DNA of 64,000 nucleotides from positions 4,191-68,190 of the IMG/VR virus record IMGVR_UViG_2974749168_000001. One strand, written 5' to 3'. Shown here piece after piece: positions 18,997-29,417 of the stretch. Within the stretch, counting starts at the first letter, position 1; each line of letters begins with the position of its first letter. The position numbers were made by a program, and so were the translations under genes. Below the pieces are notes generated by a model. That model was not told where the DNA came from and did no database searches. It saw only the letters and a list, made by a program, of their open reading frames with translations. This DNA is from a virus (lineage: Duplodnaviria; Caudoviricetes).

Positions 18997-19374
18997 ATGG
19001 CATTCGAGCCGATCCAACTGGTTCACCCGAAGACCGGTGTCGTGGTGACCGCCACCACCGCAGTCGATCTCACCAACTTCCGGTTCAACGACGGCTACGT
19101 CCCGGCCGAGCAGGCGAAGGTTCTCGTCGGCTCGGAAGGCGGGGCCGAGAAGTACCCCAAGCTCGTGGAGGGCCTGAAGGTCGTCGACGAGATCGAAAAG
19201 GCGCAGGCCGGGGACGAGCCCGAGCCGGAAGCGGCCGACGAGAAGCCGGATACCGAGTCGGAGAAGCCCGCCGCGGTATCCTCGCCGAAGGGAGCCCGGT
19301 CGACCGGCCAGGCTGCCAAGACCGCCGCGAAGAGCGGAACGGACGCCAGCGGAAACGACGTCGGCGTCTCCTGA
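18997..19374 (+). CDS. Hypothetical protein in the tail operon (125 aa, low-complexity C-terminus)
   Basis: AAGGAG RBS before the ATG at 18997. Confidence 0.75.
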   Translation: MAFEPIQLVHPKTGVVVTATTAVDLTNFRFNDGYVPAEQAKVLVGSEGGAEKYPKLVEGLKVVDEIEKAQAGDEPEPEAADEKPDTESEKPAAVSSPKGARSTGQAAKTAAKSGTDASGNDVGVS

Positions 19375-19406
19375 TCCACAACCTACCGGGGAGGTAGAAC
19401 AGCACC

Positions 19407-19721
19407 ATGGCAGTCAATTTCGAGGATCTCGAAGCCCGCGCTGCAAAGCGGACCGCGCATCGCAATCGCGCGCCGTACGTCATCAACGTCAAGGACGATG
19501 ACCCGATCGAGATCAAGTACCCCGACTCCATCGCGTCGATGGAGTACGAGCGTGCCACCTCGGTCTACGACCAGTTGCGGATCCTGACCGAGTCGGACTT
19601 CCCCCGGATTCTGGATCTGGTGCGGGGGAAGGACATCTCGGTCGTCCAGCTCCTCATCACCGAGATGTGGGCCTTCTGGGGCGATGACTCTCGCGAGGTG
19701 CCTGGGGGAAAAGAGGGCTGA
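19407..19721 (+). CDS. Tail assembly chaperone (G)
   Basis: Upstream of tape measure; ends at slippery GGGGGAAAA (19704-19712). Confidence 0.85.
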   Translation: MAVNFEDLEARAAKRTAHRNRAPYVINVKDDDPIEIKYPDSIASMEYERATSVYDQLRILTESDFPRILDLVRGKDISVVQLLITEMWAFWGDDSREVPGGKEG

Positions 19722-20212
19722 TCGAGCTCTTCGATCAGTACGGCCGCGAGATCCTTCTGGACTTCAGGTCGTACTGGTCGGGGCTCGATGTCCTCGACTA
19801 CTTCACCGGCGACCGGTCGTGGTTCGAGTTCTACGACTTCCTCTTCGGACTCCCGAGTTGGTCGCGCTTCCAGGCCAAGATGGCTCTCGACCCGGCGTAC
19901 GCCGAGATGATCCATCAGCGCAAGCTGGAGGCCGGAGAGTACGACGACGACGACGAGGACGACAGCGACGAGGGGTGGAAGCCCGAGACTCGTTCGCAGG
20001 AGGGCTTCAGCCCGGTCATCGCGACGATGTACACGGCCATCGAGTCCATCAACGAGGTGTCGCGCACGCTGATCGCGGTCCATGGCACCAAGCCGCCGAA
20101 CCGACAGAAGCTCCCGCGACCGTTCTCGGCGCTCGACCTGCTGGAACTCGAAGACGAACGCGACGACATGCACGACCTCGCAGCGAGGTTTGGCATGAAG
20201 CAGCCAGGCTGA
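19407..20212 (+). CDS. Tail assembly chaperone G-T fusion via programmed -1 frameshift
   Basis: The -1 frame is open from the slippery site (KRGLIELFDQYGREILLDF...) into ORF 19880-20212. Confidence 0.85.
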
Positions 20213-20236
20213 GATAGGATCGAACCGGCCTAACCG

Positions 20237-20272
20237 AAGGGCATCAGGGATCGGAAACCCCTGGTGCCCTTT
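20237..20272 (+). terminator. Hairpin between chaperone and tape measure genes
   Basis: AAGGGCATCAGGG...CCCTGGTGCCCTT then TT. Confidence 0.45.
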
Positions 20273-20295
20273 CGCATATCAGAGAGGGGTGAGAC

Positions 20296-23200
20296 GTGGC
20301 GAAGACCTTCCTCGTTGGCGAAGGAGCCGTTCGTCTCGTCCCCAACGCCGCCGGGTTCCACGTCAAGGCCCGCGGTGAGATCGCCAAGGACAAGCTGGCC
20401 GTCGGCGTCAATCTGAAGCCGAACCTCGCCGGGTTCAAGACCGATGCTCGCAACCAGCTCAAAGCCATTCAGGGGCTTCGCGTCTCGGTTGATCTGCGAC
20501 CCGACGTCACCGGCTTCAGCCGCGAGGCCCAGGCGAAGCTCGACGCCACCCGGGATCTGAAGGTCAGCGTCGGCGTCGAGGCCCGCGTCGACCGAGGGTC
20601 CGTCGCCGCGGCGCATCGCGAGATGCAAGCTCAACTCATTGCGATGGGACCGCTGCGAGTATCGGTCGAGTCTCGGATCGACGACGCCAGCCTGCGGCGC
20701 GCGATCGAAACCCTGCGCGCTCGCGTCGCCGCCGCCAACATCACCGCGAACATCAACAGCCGCAACGGCCGCGGGCCGCTCGGCGGGATGGGTGACGGCG
20801 GTGGAGGAGGCGGCGGCGGACGCGGACGACCAGTGCGCAAGGCCGCGATTGCCACCGGCGTCACCATGGCCCCGATCGTCACCAACGCGGCCGTCGGCGG
20901 ACTCACCGCTCTCGTCGGCGCCGCGGCCCAGGCCGCTGGGGCCCTCGGCCTCCTCCCCGCGGCCGCGACGGCTGCCGGTGCAGGCTTGGCCGCAATCGCC
21001 ATCGGCGCGGCCGGTATCGGGGGCGCGTTCTCCGCGCTCTCCAAGGAGTCGGCGTCGGCGGGTGCCGCAGCACAGCAGAGCGGGGCCCAGCAGGCCTCCG
21101 CGGCTCGCTCGATTGCCGCTGCCGACCGAGGGCTGGCCCAGGCACACCGCGGCGTCACGCGGTCGCTGGAAGACCTCAACGACGCTCGCAAGGATGCGCT
21201 CCGGCGGCTGCGCGACCTCAACGACGAAGCGAAGATGGCGCCGATCAACGAGCGCGAGGCCGCGCTCGCGATCAAGGAGTCGACCCGGGCCTTGCAGGAG
21301 GCCTACGCCTCCGGCGACTCGCTCGAAATCGAAGGCGCGCAGATCGACCTGGAGAAGTCGCGGCTCCAGTACGACCAGCTCCGAAAGCAGAACGACGATC
21401 TCGCCAGTGACGTCGCCGAGGCCAACCGCAAGGGGGTCGAGGGCGACAAGCAGGTTGTCGCGGCGAAGGACGGCGTCGTCGACGCCAACAACGCGCTGAA
21501 GGACGCCCAGGACGCGCTCGCGAGCGCGATGGAGTCGGCTGCCGACGCGGCGAAGTCGATGGCTGCCGGGGTCAATCAGCTCGACCAGGCGATGGCGAAG
21601 CTCTCGCCGAACGCGCAGCAGTTCGTCCGGCAGATCCACGCGCTCGGACCGGCCTGGACCGAGACCCGCAAGTTCATCCAGGACGCGCTGTTCAACCGGC
21701 TCGGCGACTCGGTGACCAAGCTCGCCGGAGTCCAGCTCCCCGTGCTGCGCACCGGCCTGGCGGGGATCGCGACCGAGATCAACGGCGGGCTCCGCGGTGC
21801 TCTCGCGACCTTCTCCACCGAGCAGGCCGCGATGGACTTCACCACCACGCTCAACAACTCCCGGGGAATGTGGGCCGGAATCGCGCAGAGCTTCGCGCCG
21901 TTCGCTCAGGCCTTCATGAACGTGACCACCGTCGGCTCGACGTTCATGCCGCGGCTCGGCACCGCAGTGTCGAACATGGCCTCGAACTTCAAGCAGTTCA
22001 CCGACGAGGCCCGGGCTGACGGCTCGATGCAGGAGTTCTTCGAGAACTCCCTGACGATGGCCAAGCAGCTCGGTCGCATCCTCGGCAACGTCGGCGCCAT
22101 CCTCGGCGAAATCTTCTCTGCCGGAGCGGAAACCGGCGGTGGGTTCCTGAACACCATCGAGACCGCGACCGCTGAGCTTCGAGAGTTCCTCGGGTCGGCC
22201 GAGGGGCAGGAGGGGCTGAAGACCTTCTTCGAGGGGGTCAAGGTCGCCGTCCAGACCCTCGCGCCGATCATCACGATCGTCGGCGACGTCCTGCTCAACG
22301 TACTCGGACCGGCGCTGACCGACTTCGTCATCGGCCTCGGCCCCGGGCTCGTCGCGATGTTCGAGGGGCTCGGCAACGGGCTCGCCGCCATCCAGCCGGT
22401 GATGCAGGTCGTCGGCACCGCCATCGGCTCGATCGGCGTCGAACTGGGCAAGGTATTCGAGGTGCTCGGTCCGATCATCGCCGAGACCTTCATGGCCCTC
22501 GCCCCAGCTATCGCGCCGCTGGCCCAACTGCTCGGTGCGGTCATCAAGGCGCTCGCCCCGATTCTTCCTCTTGTTGCTGAGTTCGTCGGACTCCTGATCT
22601 CTGCTCTTGCACCAGCTTTCACCTCTATCGTGGAAGCTCTCACCCCGGTGATTCAGTCGCTCGTCGATGCGCTGATGCCGATCCTGCCGCCGATCATGGA
22701 CGTGCTCGGCCAGCTCGCGAGCACCATCGCTGACGCGCTGGTGATGGCTCTCCAGGCCATCGCCCCGTTCCTGCCGCAACTCGTCGGCGCGTTCGGGTCG
22801 CTGTTGACCGCGATCTTGCCGCTCATGCCGGTCTTCGGCGAACTGATCGCGTCGCTGATTCCGCCACTGATCAGTGTGCTCGAAGGAATCATGCCGACGG
22901 TCATCCGCATCATCGAGATCCTCGGGGACCTCATCGGATTCATCGTCCCGATCCTGATCCCGATTCTGCGCCTGCTCGCAGCGGTCGTCGGCGAGGTCTT
23001 CTCGTGGATCGGCTCTCTGATCGGCGCCGTGTTCCGCAACGTGCTCGACCCGATTTTCATCGCGATCGGATGGGCTCTTCAGAAGCTCGGCGACTTCTTC
23101 CACTGGCTGTGGGAGGTGGCGATCAAGCCTGCCTGGGACGCGATCTGGGGTGCGATCAAGTGGGGCTGGGAGAACGCGATCAAGCCCGCGTTCGATGCCC

Positions 23201-25689
23201 TCATGACCGGCATCGGGAAGGTCGGCGACTTCTTCGCGAGCGTCGTCACCGGCATCGGAAAGGCCTGGGCCAAGCTCGGAGAGATCGCCTCCACCCCGAT
23301 CAACTGGGTGATCAACCACGTGATCAACGGCGGCATCGGCCGCGCGTGGAAGGCTGTCGACAACTTCCTCGGTGGACACCTGCCGGACTGGAAGGACGTC
23401 GCTCAGATCAAGATGGCCACCGGCGGCGAGGTCCCGATGGCGAAGGGTGCCGAGCGGGGCAAGGACTCGGTCCGCATCCTCGGTATGCCTGGCGAGCACA
23501 TGTGGGACGTCGAAGACGTTGTGCGCGCCGGTGGTCAGAAGGCCATGTACCGGATGCGCGACATGGTCATGCGCGGAGAGCCGTTCACCTGGACCCCGGG
23601 TGGGTTGGCTGCCGCGACCGGCGACGGCGCGATGCCGCGGTACGCCAAGGGTGGCGAGCTGTCCGCCGGTGACAAGCTGGCGCCGCTCCCGGGCGAGGGT
23701 GGTCTCCAGCCGATCGCGCAGCTCATGGCGCGCATCATCAAGCGCACCTGGCCCAAGACGGTCACGTCCATCGGCGGCTACCGTCCGCCGGACGGCTACA
23801 ACGAGCACTCGTCGGGTCGCGCGCTCGACGTCATGGTCGCCGAACTCGGGGGCAAGACCGGTGACGAGGTCACCGAGTTCTCGATGGCGAACCACCCGAA
23901 CTACCCGGTGACGCACACCATCTGGAAGCAGCAGATGCACTACCCGCCGGACGGCCGTACCGAGGGGATGGAAGACCGCGGGTCGCCGACGCAGAACCAC
24001 ATGGACCACCCGCACATCTGGTACGCACCGAACCAGGGTCCGATCAACCCCAACGTCATGCCCGACAACATCGCGTTCGGAGGGGTGACCGATGCCGCTG
24101 TGCGCAAGGGCATCACCGCGTGGGCCGAGAAGGCGTTCAACACCGCGCTGGCCCCGGTGAAGACGATCCTCGACAGCGGCGCGTTCACGCCGCCGCCGGA
24201 GATCAAGGCTGCTCCGCGCGAGATGTACAAGGGCATCGTCGAACCGGCGAAGGAGAAGCTGCTCGACAAGGTCTCCGAGCTGACGTCGGTCGAGGGCTGG
24301 AAGAACATGCTCGGCGGCGCGGTCGACAAGGTCAAATCCGGCGCGGGCAACCTGCTCGGCGGGCTGAAGCGCGTCCTGTTCGACACCGGCGGCGTCGTCC
24401 GACCGGGAACCACCGTGGTGCAGAACGACACCGGCCGGGACGAGTACATGCTCAACCCGACCGAGACCATCCTGCTCCGCGGGCTCGTCGCGGCGCTGCG
24501 CGGTATCGGGATCAGCCCGGTCCTCCCCCAGGATCAGCCGACGACCCCGGAGACCCAGGACGTCAACATCGACTCGGTTGGTGGCCAGAAGACCACCCCG
24601 GGCGATCTGCCGACCCCCGAGCAGAAGGAGATCAAGCCGCCGACGGCCGAGGATCTCGACGGCGGTCTGGCGGGGACCGGCTCCGGCGCCGACACGATCC
24701 CGCTGAAGCGCAACCCGGACGGGACCTACTCCTCGACCGACCCCGAGTGGGACCACCTGATCCAGCGCGAGTCCGGCGGCATCGCCGACCGCCAGCAGGA
24801 GGTCATCGACGTCAACTCCGGCGGCAACGAGGCCAGCGGGCTGTTCCAGATCGCCAAGGGCACTTGGGCTTCCAACGGCGGCACGAAGTTTGCGCCGACC
24901 GCCGGTGAGGCGACCCCCGAGCAGCAGGCCGAGATCGCCGCGAAGATCTTCAACGAGCAGGGTGGACAGCCCTGGGGCTCCGGCCTGGCCGGACGCGAGA
25001 GCGACGACAAGCTGCGCGCTGGCATCCGCAAGGGTGGGCCGGTCGGCACCAAGGACGACCCGGTCAGCGTCGTCACCCAGAACACCCCGTCGGACGATCC
25101 CTCGAAGGACTGGGAGACCACCGCCGACACGAAGCCCGGGGACACCACCGGCTCCGCGTATGGCCAGAACCTCCAGGGCGCGGCGATCGGCCCGAACGGG
25201 GAGTACAAGCCGGACAACAACGTGCCCAAGGGCGGGAACATCGACCCGGCGTCGAAGCCGATGTTCACCAACCCGTTCGAGACCGACGGCGGCAAGTTCG
25301 CTCTCGGCTTCGGGAAGAACGCCCCGCTGGGTATCGGTGCTCCGCAGATGGAGAAGGCCGCGGAGAAGGCCCCCGCCGTCACCGAGCTGGCCAACGGGAT
25401 CGCCAAGGCTGCCCCGGCATGGGGTGCGGCGCTGGCGGGGAATCCGGCCGCGCTCATGGCCAACATCGGGCAGGCCACCGGTCAGTGGGCCACGAAGACC
25501 GCGGCCGACTTCGCGAGCTACCTCCCCGAAGCGGCTCCGGGGATGCTGGAGTCCGCGCTGTCGGCGGTGGGAGGCCCGCTCATTGGTACGGTGAACACCG
25601 GAGTCAGTGAGGCTCAGCTCATGTCCACCATGGAGGACGCACAGAACCGGCAGATCCGCCGGACCAAGACCGGTCGCCGGAGGTACTGA
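20296..25689 (+). CDS. Tape measure protein with C-terminal peptidase-like and Rpf/lytic-transglycosylase-like domains
   Basis: 1797 aa, Ala/Leu/Gly helical repeats; SIGGYR...EHSSGRALDVM...HMDHPH; WDHLIQRESGG...ASGLFQIAKGTW. Confidence 0.95.
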   Translation: MAKTFLVGEGAVRLVPNAAGFHVKARGEIAKDKLAVGVNLKPNLAGFKTDARNQLKAIQGLRVSVDLRPDVTGFSREAQAKLDATRDLKVSVGVEARVDRGSVAAAHREMQAQLIAMGPLRVSVESRIDDASLRRAIETLRARVAAANITANINSRNGRGPLGGMGDGGGGGGGGRGRPVRKAAIATGVTMAPIVTNAAVGGLTALVGAAAQAAGALGLLPAAATAAGAGLAAIAIGAAGIGGAFSALSKESASAGAAAQQSGAQQASAARSIAAADRGLAQAHRGVTRSLEDLNDARKDALRRLRDLNDEAKMAPINEREAALAIKESTRALQEAYASGDSLEIEGAQIDLEKSRLQYDQLRKQNDDLASDVAEANRKGVEGDKQVVAAKDGVVDANNALKDAQDALASAMESAADAAKSMAAGVNQLDQAMAKLSPNAQQFVRQIHALGPAWTETRKFIQDALFNRLGDSVTKLAGVQLPVLRTGLAGIATEINGGLRGALATFSTEQAAMDFTTTLNNSRGMWAGIAQSFAPFAQAFMNVTTVGSTFMPRLGTAVSNMASNFKQFTDEARADGSMQEFFENSLTMAKQLGRILGNVGAILGEIFSAGAETGGGFLNTIETATAELREFLGSAEGQEGLKTFFEGVKVAVQTLAPIITIVGDVLLNVLGPALTDFVIGLGPGLVAMFEGLGNGLAAIQPVMQVVGTAIGSIGVELGKVFEVLGPIIAETFMALAPAIAPLAQLLGAVIKALAPILPLVAEFVGLLISALAPAFTSIVEALTPVIQSLVDALMPILPPIMDVLGQLASTIADALVMALQAIAPFLPQLVGAFGSLLTAILPLMPVFGELIASLIPPLISVLEGIMPTVIRIIEILGDLIGFIVPILIPILRLLAAVVGEVFSWIGSLIGAVFRNVLDPIFIAIGWALQKLGDFFHWLWEVAIKPAWDAIWGAIKWGWENAIKPAFDALMTGIGKVGDFFASVVTGIGKAWAKLGEIASTPINWVINHVINGGIGRAWKAVDNFLGGHLPDWKDVAQIKMATGGEVPMAKGAERGKDSVRILGMPGEHMWDVEDVVRAGGQKAMYRMRDMVMRGEPFTWTPGGLAAATGDGAMPRYAKGGELSAGDKLAPLPGEGGLQPIAQLMARIIKRTWPKTVTSIGGYRPPDGYNEHSSGRALDVMVAELGGKTGDEVTEFSMANHPNYPVTHTIWKQQMHYPPDGRTEGMEDRGSPTQNHMDHPHIWYAPNQGPINPNVMPDNIAFGGVTDAAVRKGITAWAEKAFNTALAPVKTILDSGAFTPPPEIKAAPREMYKGIVEPAKEKLLDKVSELTSVEGWKNMLGGAVDKVKSGAGNLLGGLKRVLFDTGGVVRPGTTVVQNDTGRDEYMLNPTETILLRGLVAALRGIGISPVLPQDQPTTPETQDVNIDSVGGQKTTPGDLPTPEQKEIKPPTAEDLDGGLAGTGSGADTIPLKRNPDGTYSSTDPEWDHLIQRESGGIADRQQEVIDVNSGGNEASGLFQIAKGTWASNGGTKFAPTAGEATPEQQAEIAAKIFNEQGGQPWGSGLAGRESDDKLRAGIRKGGPVGTKDDPVSVVTQNTPSDDPSKDWETTADTKPGDTTGSAYGQNLQGAAIGPNGEYKPDNNVPKGGNIDPASKPMFTNPFETDGGKFALGFGKNAPLGIGAPQMEKAAEKAPAVTELANGIAKAAPAWGAALAGNPAALMANIGQATGQWATKTAADFASYLPEAAPGMLESALSAVGGPLIGTVNTGVSEAQLMSTMEDAQNRQIRRTKTGRRRY

Positions 25690-26630
25690 TGAGTGGGGGA
25701 GGCCTCAGCCGCGGGGATCGCACGCACGTCATCTTCCGTGGTCCCGAAGGACCGAAGCCGTTCTGGCTCTCGGGGATGCGTGGCCAGGGGAAGCAAGGCG
25801 TAGAGCTGGCCAACGGCCTGGTCGGCCTCGATCGTCCCCCGACTGAGCTCGTGTGGCTCCAGGAGGCTCGTCAGAACGGGGCCGATCTCGTCGGCAGCAA
25901 CGTCGATGTCCGCACCGTGAAAGGCGCAGTCAACATCCTGGGGAAAACCCCTCGCCAGGTGCGCGCGGCCTACGATGATTGGCAGCGCAACAACCACTTT
26001 GAGCGCTACTCTCGGATGTTCTTCATCAACAGCTACAGCGGCGTCCGGTTCCTCGATGTCCTCCTCGGCGCATCGCCGGACGGCTCGCTCGACAAGGACC
26101 CGGCGCTGCTGCGGCGCCTGGTCAACTACCCCTGGACCTGGGTCGCGCCGAACCCCTACTACAAGGGCTACACCGAGACCTTCCGCGCGAAAACCCTGGG
26201 CAGCGGGGACGAGTTCGTCCGGATCAAGGTGCGCAACTTCGGCAGTGCGCCGCGGGTGTACCCGCGCATCTACCTGCCCGGCCCCGGCGTCTGGCACATC
26301 CCCCGCGGGACGCGGCAGCCGAACTGGCGGGGCGAGGAGAACCTCGGTCCGCTGGTCGAGGACGACATGATCCCGCTTCCGGCGATCAAGTCCAGCGAAG
26401 GCATCTGGCTCAATCCGGATCCGCGCATCGAAACCATCACCCGGGTCGACGCCAACGATCCGACGAACACGGCCAAGGAGAAGAACCTCTGGGCCCAGAT
26501 GAGCGGACAGCGACCGAAGCTCTGGCTCAATCCTCGCTCGCAGGAGACATGGAAGTTCCGGTGCGTCGGCGGTGTCGGCGGACGCGAGGCGAAGATGGTC
26601 GTCCAGCCCCTCTACCTGACGTTCTGGTGA
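25689..26630 (+). CDS. Minor tail protein (distal tail/Dit)
   Basis: Directly after tape measure; 313 aa. Confidence 0.85.
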   Translation: MSGGGLSRGDRTHVIFRGPEGPKPFWLSGMRGQGKQGVELANGLVGLDRPPTELVWLQEARQNGADLVGSNVDVRTVKGAVNILGKTPRQVRAAYDDWQRNNHFERYSRMFFINSYSGVRFLDVLLGASPDGSLDKDPALLRRLVNYPWTWVAPNPYYKGYTETFRAKTLGSGDEFVRIKVRNFGSAPRVYPRIYLPGPGVWHIPRGTRQPNWRGEENLGPLVEDDMIPLPAIKSSEGIWLNPDPRIETITRVDANDPTNTAKEKNLWAQMSGQRPKLWLNPRSQETWKFRCVGGVGGREAKMVVQPLYLTFW

Positions 26631-26634
26631 TCCG

Positions 26635-28248
26635 ATGCCTCCTCTCCTGAGTGACGCGCCCCCGATCTCGATGGACGACCGCGGCATCATGCCGTCGTGG
26701 CGCACCGAGGCCGAGATCGAGGTCCGCCGGTGGATCGACGACGACCCGATGGGCCTGGAAGGCTACTGCAACGACTACATCGAGTCCGAGTTCGACTTCG
26801 CCGAGAACGCCACCGGCCCCGGACACATCGAGGTTCCCCGGAACTCGAAGTGGGCCAAGATCTTTGCCAACTGCGACAACGAGGTCATCCTCGTCCACGC
26901 CAAGATCAACGGCGAGTGGTGGACCGGACGTGTTGACAAGTGCCGGAAGGTCCGAAAGGGCAAGAAGCGCACCGTCATCGCCGAGCTGGTGAGCGACTAC
27001 GTGTGGCTCGAAGCGATGTTCTGCTGGCCGAATAACTTTGCGCCCCTGGGCATCCAGTGGCCGAAGAAGAACGTCAAGCTCATGCCGACGAAGAGCATGA
27101 TCGAGAGCTACATCTTCGAGGTGTTGTTCCGGCTCCAGGCTTTCGGCAGTGGGCTCTACCGGTTCCCCATCGGGTTCTTCGACAACCCGGGCGAGAACTG
27201 GTGGTCGATGAAGGTCAAGGACTGGGCTCGACCGTGCGTGGTGATCCCGGGCAACATCCTCTACGACACCACCCGCTGGAACACGCTGCTGGCGCGGATG
27301 ACTCCGCTCGACGAGCTGTTCAAGGACGTCACCTACGACGAGCACGTGGTGATCAAGGCGCAGGCCTGGGTGAAGGGTCGAGACCCCCAGCCGTCGGACG
27401 CGATCACCCTCGAACACTCGTGCATCTACTTCAAGGTCGAGGACAAGCGCGCCGTCGTCGGCCGGACCGGCACGGTGCTCGACGGCCTGTTCAACACCAT
27501 CATCGACACGATCTCGCCGGTGGTCGAGAACGTCATCGGCGCCTTCACCGAGAACAGCGAGATGTACTCGCTGAGCAAGTTCTTCGGCACCGACCCCAAG
27601 GACCCCTGGGTCGTCATCCGCGAGGACGACATCGACGATGACATCGAAGAGTCCGAGGTCATCATCAACAGCCCCCAGGCGCACACCGGGATCGTCGGTG
27701 GCCAGGCCCCGGAGTGGCTGAACAAGGGCATCGAGATGGTCGCCAACGCGGCGATCGGCGGGATCTTGGCCATGGCCGGAATCTCGTTCCTCTCCGACCT
27801 GATCAGCGGGGAGCTCTCCGACATCGCGCTGGCCTTCCAGAGCCAGACCGACGAGCGGCGCCGGTCGAAGTTCGGCATCATGATGCTGCCGGAGGCCTAC
27901 CCCGGCAGCGGCACGACGGCCTACACCTACGACTCGATCCAGGCGCTCCGCAAGATCATGCACGAGACCCGGCCGTACCGGACGTTCTCGGTCACGGTCA
28001 ACGACGGGAAGCCGTTCGTCCCGTTCGTCCACTTCGGAATTGGCGATCCGATCGGCTGGGAGGACGAAGGCGAGATCCACGTCGACTACGTCCGCCGGAT
28101 CACCGTCACGCTCAGCCGCGACAAGAGGACCCGGCTCACGATCAAGGTCGGCGACGACCAGGGCCCCCGGGACCCGATGGAGCTCGCGCTGAAGCGGGTC
28201 GAGGGAGTCAAGCAGGCCTTCGACTTCTGGACTTTGTCGGATGGCTGA
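26635..28248 (+). CDS. Minor tail protein (baseplate hub/Tal-like)
   Basis: Second gene after tape measure; 537 aa; PFVHFGIGDPIG C-terminal motif. Confidence 0.85.
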   Translation: MPPLLSDAPPISMDDRGIMPSWRTEAEIEVRRWIDDDPMGLEGYCNDYIESEFDFAENATGPGHIEVPRNSKWAKIFANCDNEVILVHAKINGEWWTGRVDKCRKVRKGKKRTVIAELVSDYVWLEAMFCWPNNFAPLGIQWPKKNVKLMPTKSMIESYIFEVLFRLQAFGSGLYRFPIGFFDNPGENWWSMKVKDWARPCVVIPGNILYDTTRWNTLLARMTPLDELFKDVTYDEHVVIKAQAWVKGRDPQPSDAITLEHSCIYFKVEDKRAVVGRTGTVLDGLFNTIIDTISPVVENVIGAFTENSEMYSLSKFFGTDPKDPWVVIREDDIDDDIEESEVIINSPQAHTGIVGGQAPEWLNKGIEMVANAAIGGILAMAGISFLSDLISGELSDIALAFQSQTDERRRSKFGIMMLPEAYPGSGTTAYTYDSIQALRKIMHETRPYRTFSVTVNDGKPFVPFVHFGIGDPIGWEDEGEIHVDYVRRITVTLSRDKRTRLTIKVGDDQGPRDPMELALKRVEGVKQAFDFWTLSDG

Positions 28249-28288
28249 TGACGACCGATAGACTGACTCGCGAACCGAGGGAGACACG

Positions 28289-29416
28289 ATGACCGGCCCA
28301 GTAACCACTGTCCGCGAGGCGATCGCGAAGCTCGTCCTGCGCTGGGACGGTGACGCTCTGGACTACGAGTCCGAGCGGCGCGCGTTCATCGAGGTGACCA
28401 ACGGCGAGGGAGAGCTGCTGCTCCCTCGTGGTCGCAAGGGCGACAAGGGCGACGACGGCCTGCCGGGGCCGAAGCTGGCGCCGGACCTCATCCTCGAAGA
28501 GGACCAGGACGCCGACATCACCCCGCAGCTCCCAGCCGGACTCAGCGACGTCGACCGCGGGTACGTCGTGGTCAACGACACCACGAAGACCGCGTGGTTC
28601 TGGAGCGGCACCGGCTGGCAGATCGTCCACGACGTCGTCGGGATGCAAGGCGAGCGGGGACCGGCCGTCGGCTTCTCCATCGGCACCATCACCACCTCCC
28701 CGGCCAACGGGTCCGCGTCGGTGTCCATCGACCCCTCGTCGACGCCGGGGAACATGATCCTGAACTTCACTCTCCCTCGGGGTGGTCAGGGCCCGGTCGG
28801 CGTCGGCCAGCGCGGTCTCGCTGGCGATGCGATCTTGCAGGCCAACGATTTCGCCGCCCCCGAAGGCGGGGCCGAGGGCATGGAGGACGGCACCACCCTC
28901 GTGTGGGACACGACCGTCGGGAAGTTCGTCCCGATGGCGGTCACCAGCGGACCGGCCGGACCGTACGGCATCGGCCCCAACGAGTTCGCCGCGGTGAACG
29001 ACAACAACTGGCCGAACGACTACAAGGTCGTCGCTCAGATCACCGTCCCGGAGCAGCCTTTCGCCTGGCATCCCCGCGTCTTCGCACAGTGTGACGTCCG
29101 GCTCACCGGTCTCCAGGCGCGCGTCGACCTCGAAGCCCGCATCGGGTCGCCGACCGGCCCCATCGTCGGCCGCGGTCCGGGACACACGATCTCGACCTTC
29201 ATCGACAACTACTACCCGCGCGACCTCTCCCCCGCGTTCGAGGGAGGCCCCATCACCCCGGAGTCCTCGGCCTACTCGATCCCGCGGAACACCCCCGGCA
29301 CGATCTACCTCGTCATCCGGCGGATCGACACCCTGGCGACCTTCGGTGTGAGCACGCGCAAGGACCGTGCGTCGCTGACGGTGTACTGCGACCCGATCCC
29401 GGGGTCGGAGACGTAG
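28289..29416 (+). CDS. Minor tail protein with short collagen-like segments
   Basis: RGRKGDKGDDGLPGP, GMQGERGP, RGGQGPVG. Confidence 0.85.
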   Translation: MTGPVTTVREAIAKLVLRWDGDALDYESERRAFIEVTNGEGELLLPRGRKGDKGDDGLPGPKLAPDLILEEDQDADITPQLPAGLSDVDRGYVVVNDTTKTAWFWSGTGWQIVHDVVGMQGERGPAVGFSIGTITTSPANGSASVSIDPSSTPGNMILNFTLPRGGQGPVGVGQRGLAGDAILQANDFAAPEGGAEGMEDGTTLVWDTTVGKFVPMAVTSGPAGPYGIGPNEFAAVNDNNWPNDYKVVAQITVPEQPFAWHPRVFAQCDVRLTGLQARVDLEARIGSPTGPIVGRGPGHTISTFIDNYYPRDLSPAFEGGPITPESSAYSIPRNTPGTIYLVIRRIDTLATFGVSTRKDRASLTVYCDPIPGSET

Positions 29417-29417
29417 C

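Noticed and set aside
20230-24756. 1508-aa reverse-strand ORF, plus other long shadow ORFs (36091-39246 +, 30344-31783 +, 42899-44959 +, 50394-52112 +)
   Set aside because: They are antisense or off-frame shadows of well-supported genes; high GC3 suppresses stops. They are Arg/Gly-rich and have no RBS or motifs.
13944-24816. TCGACGTCAA near-matches to the operator inside the scaffold and tape measure genes
   Set aside because: They arise from common codons (GTC/ATC GAC GTC AAS) and have no flanking -35/-10 elements.
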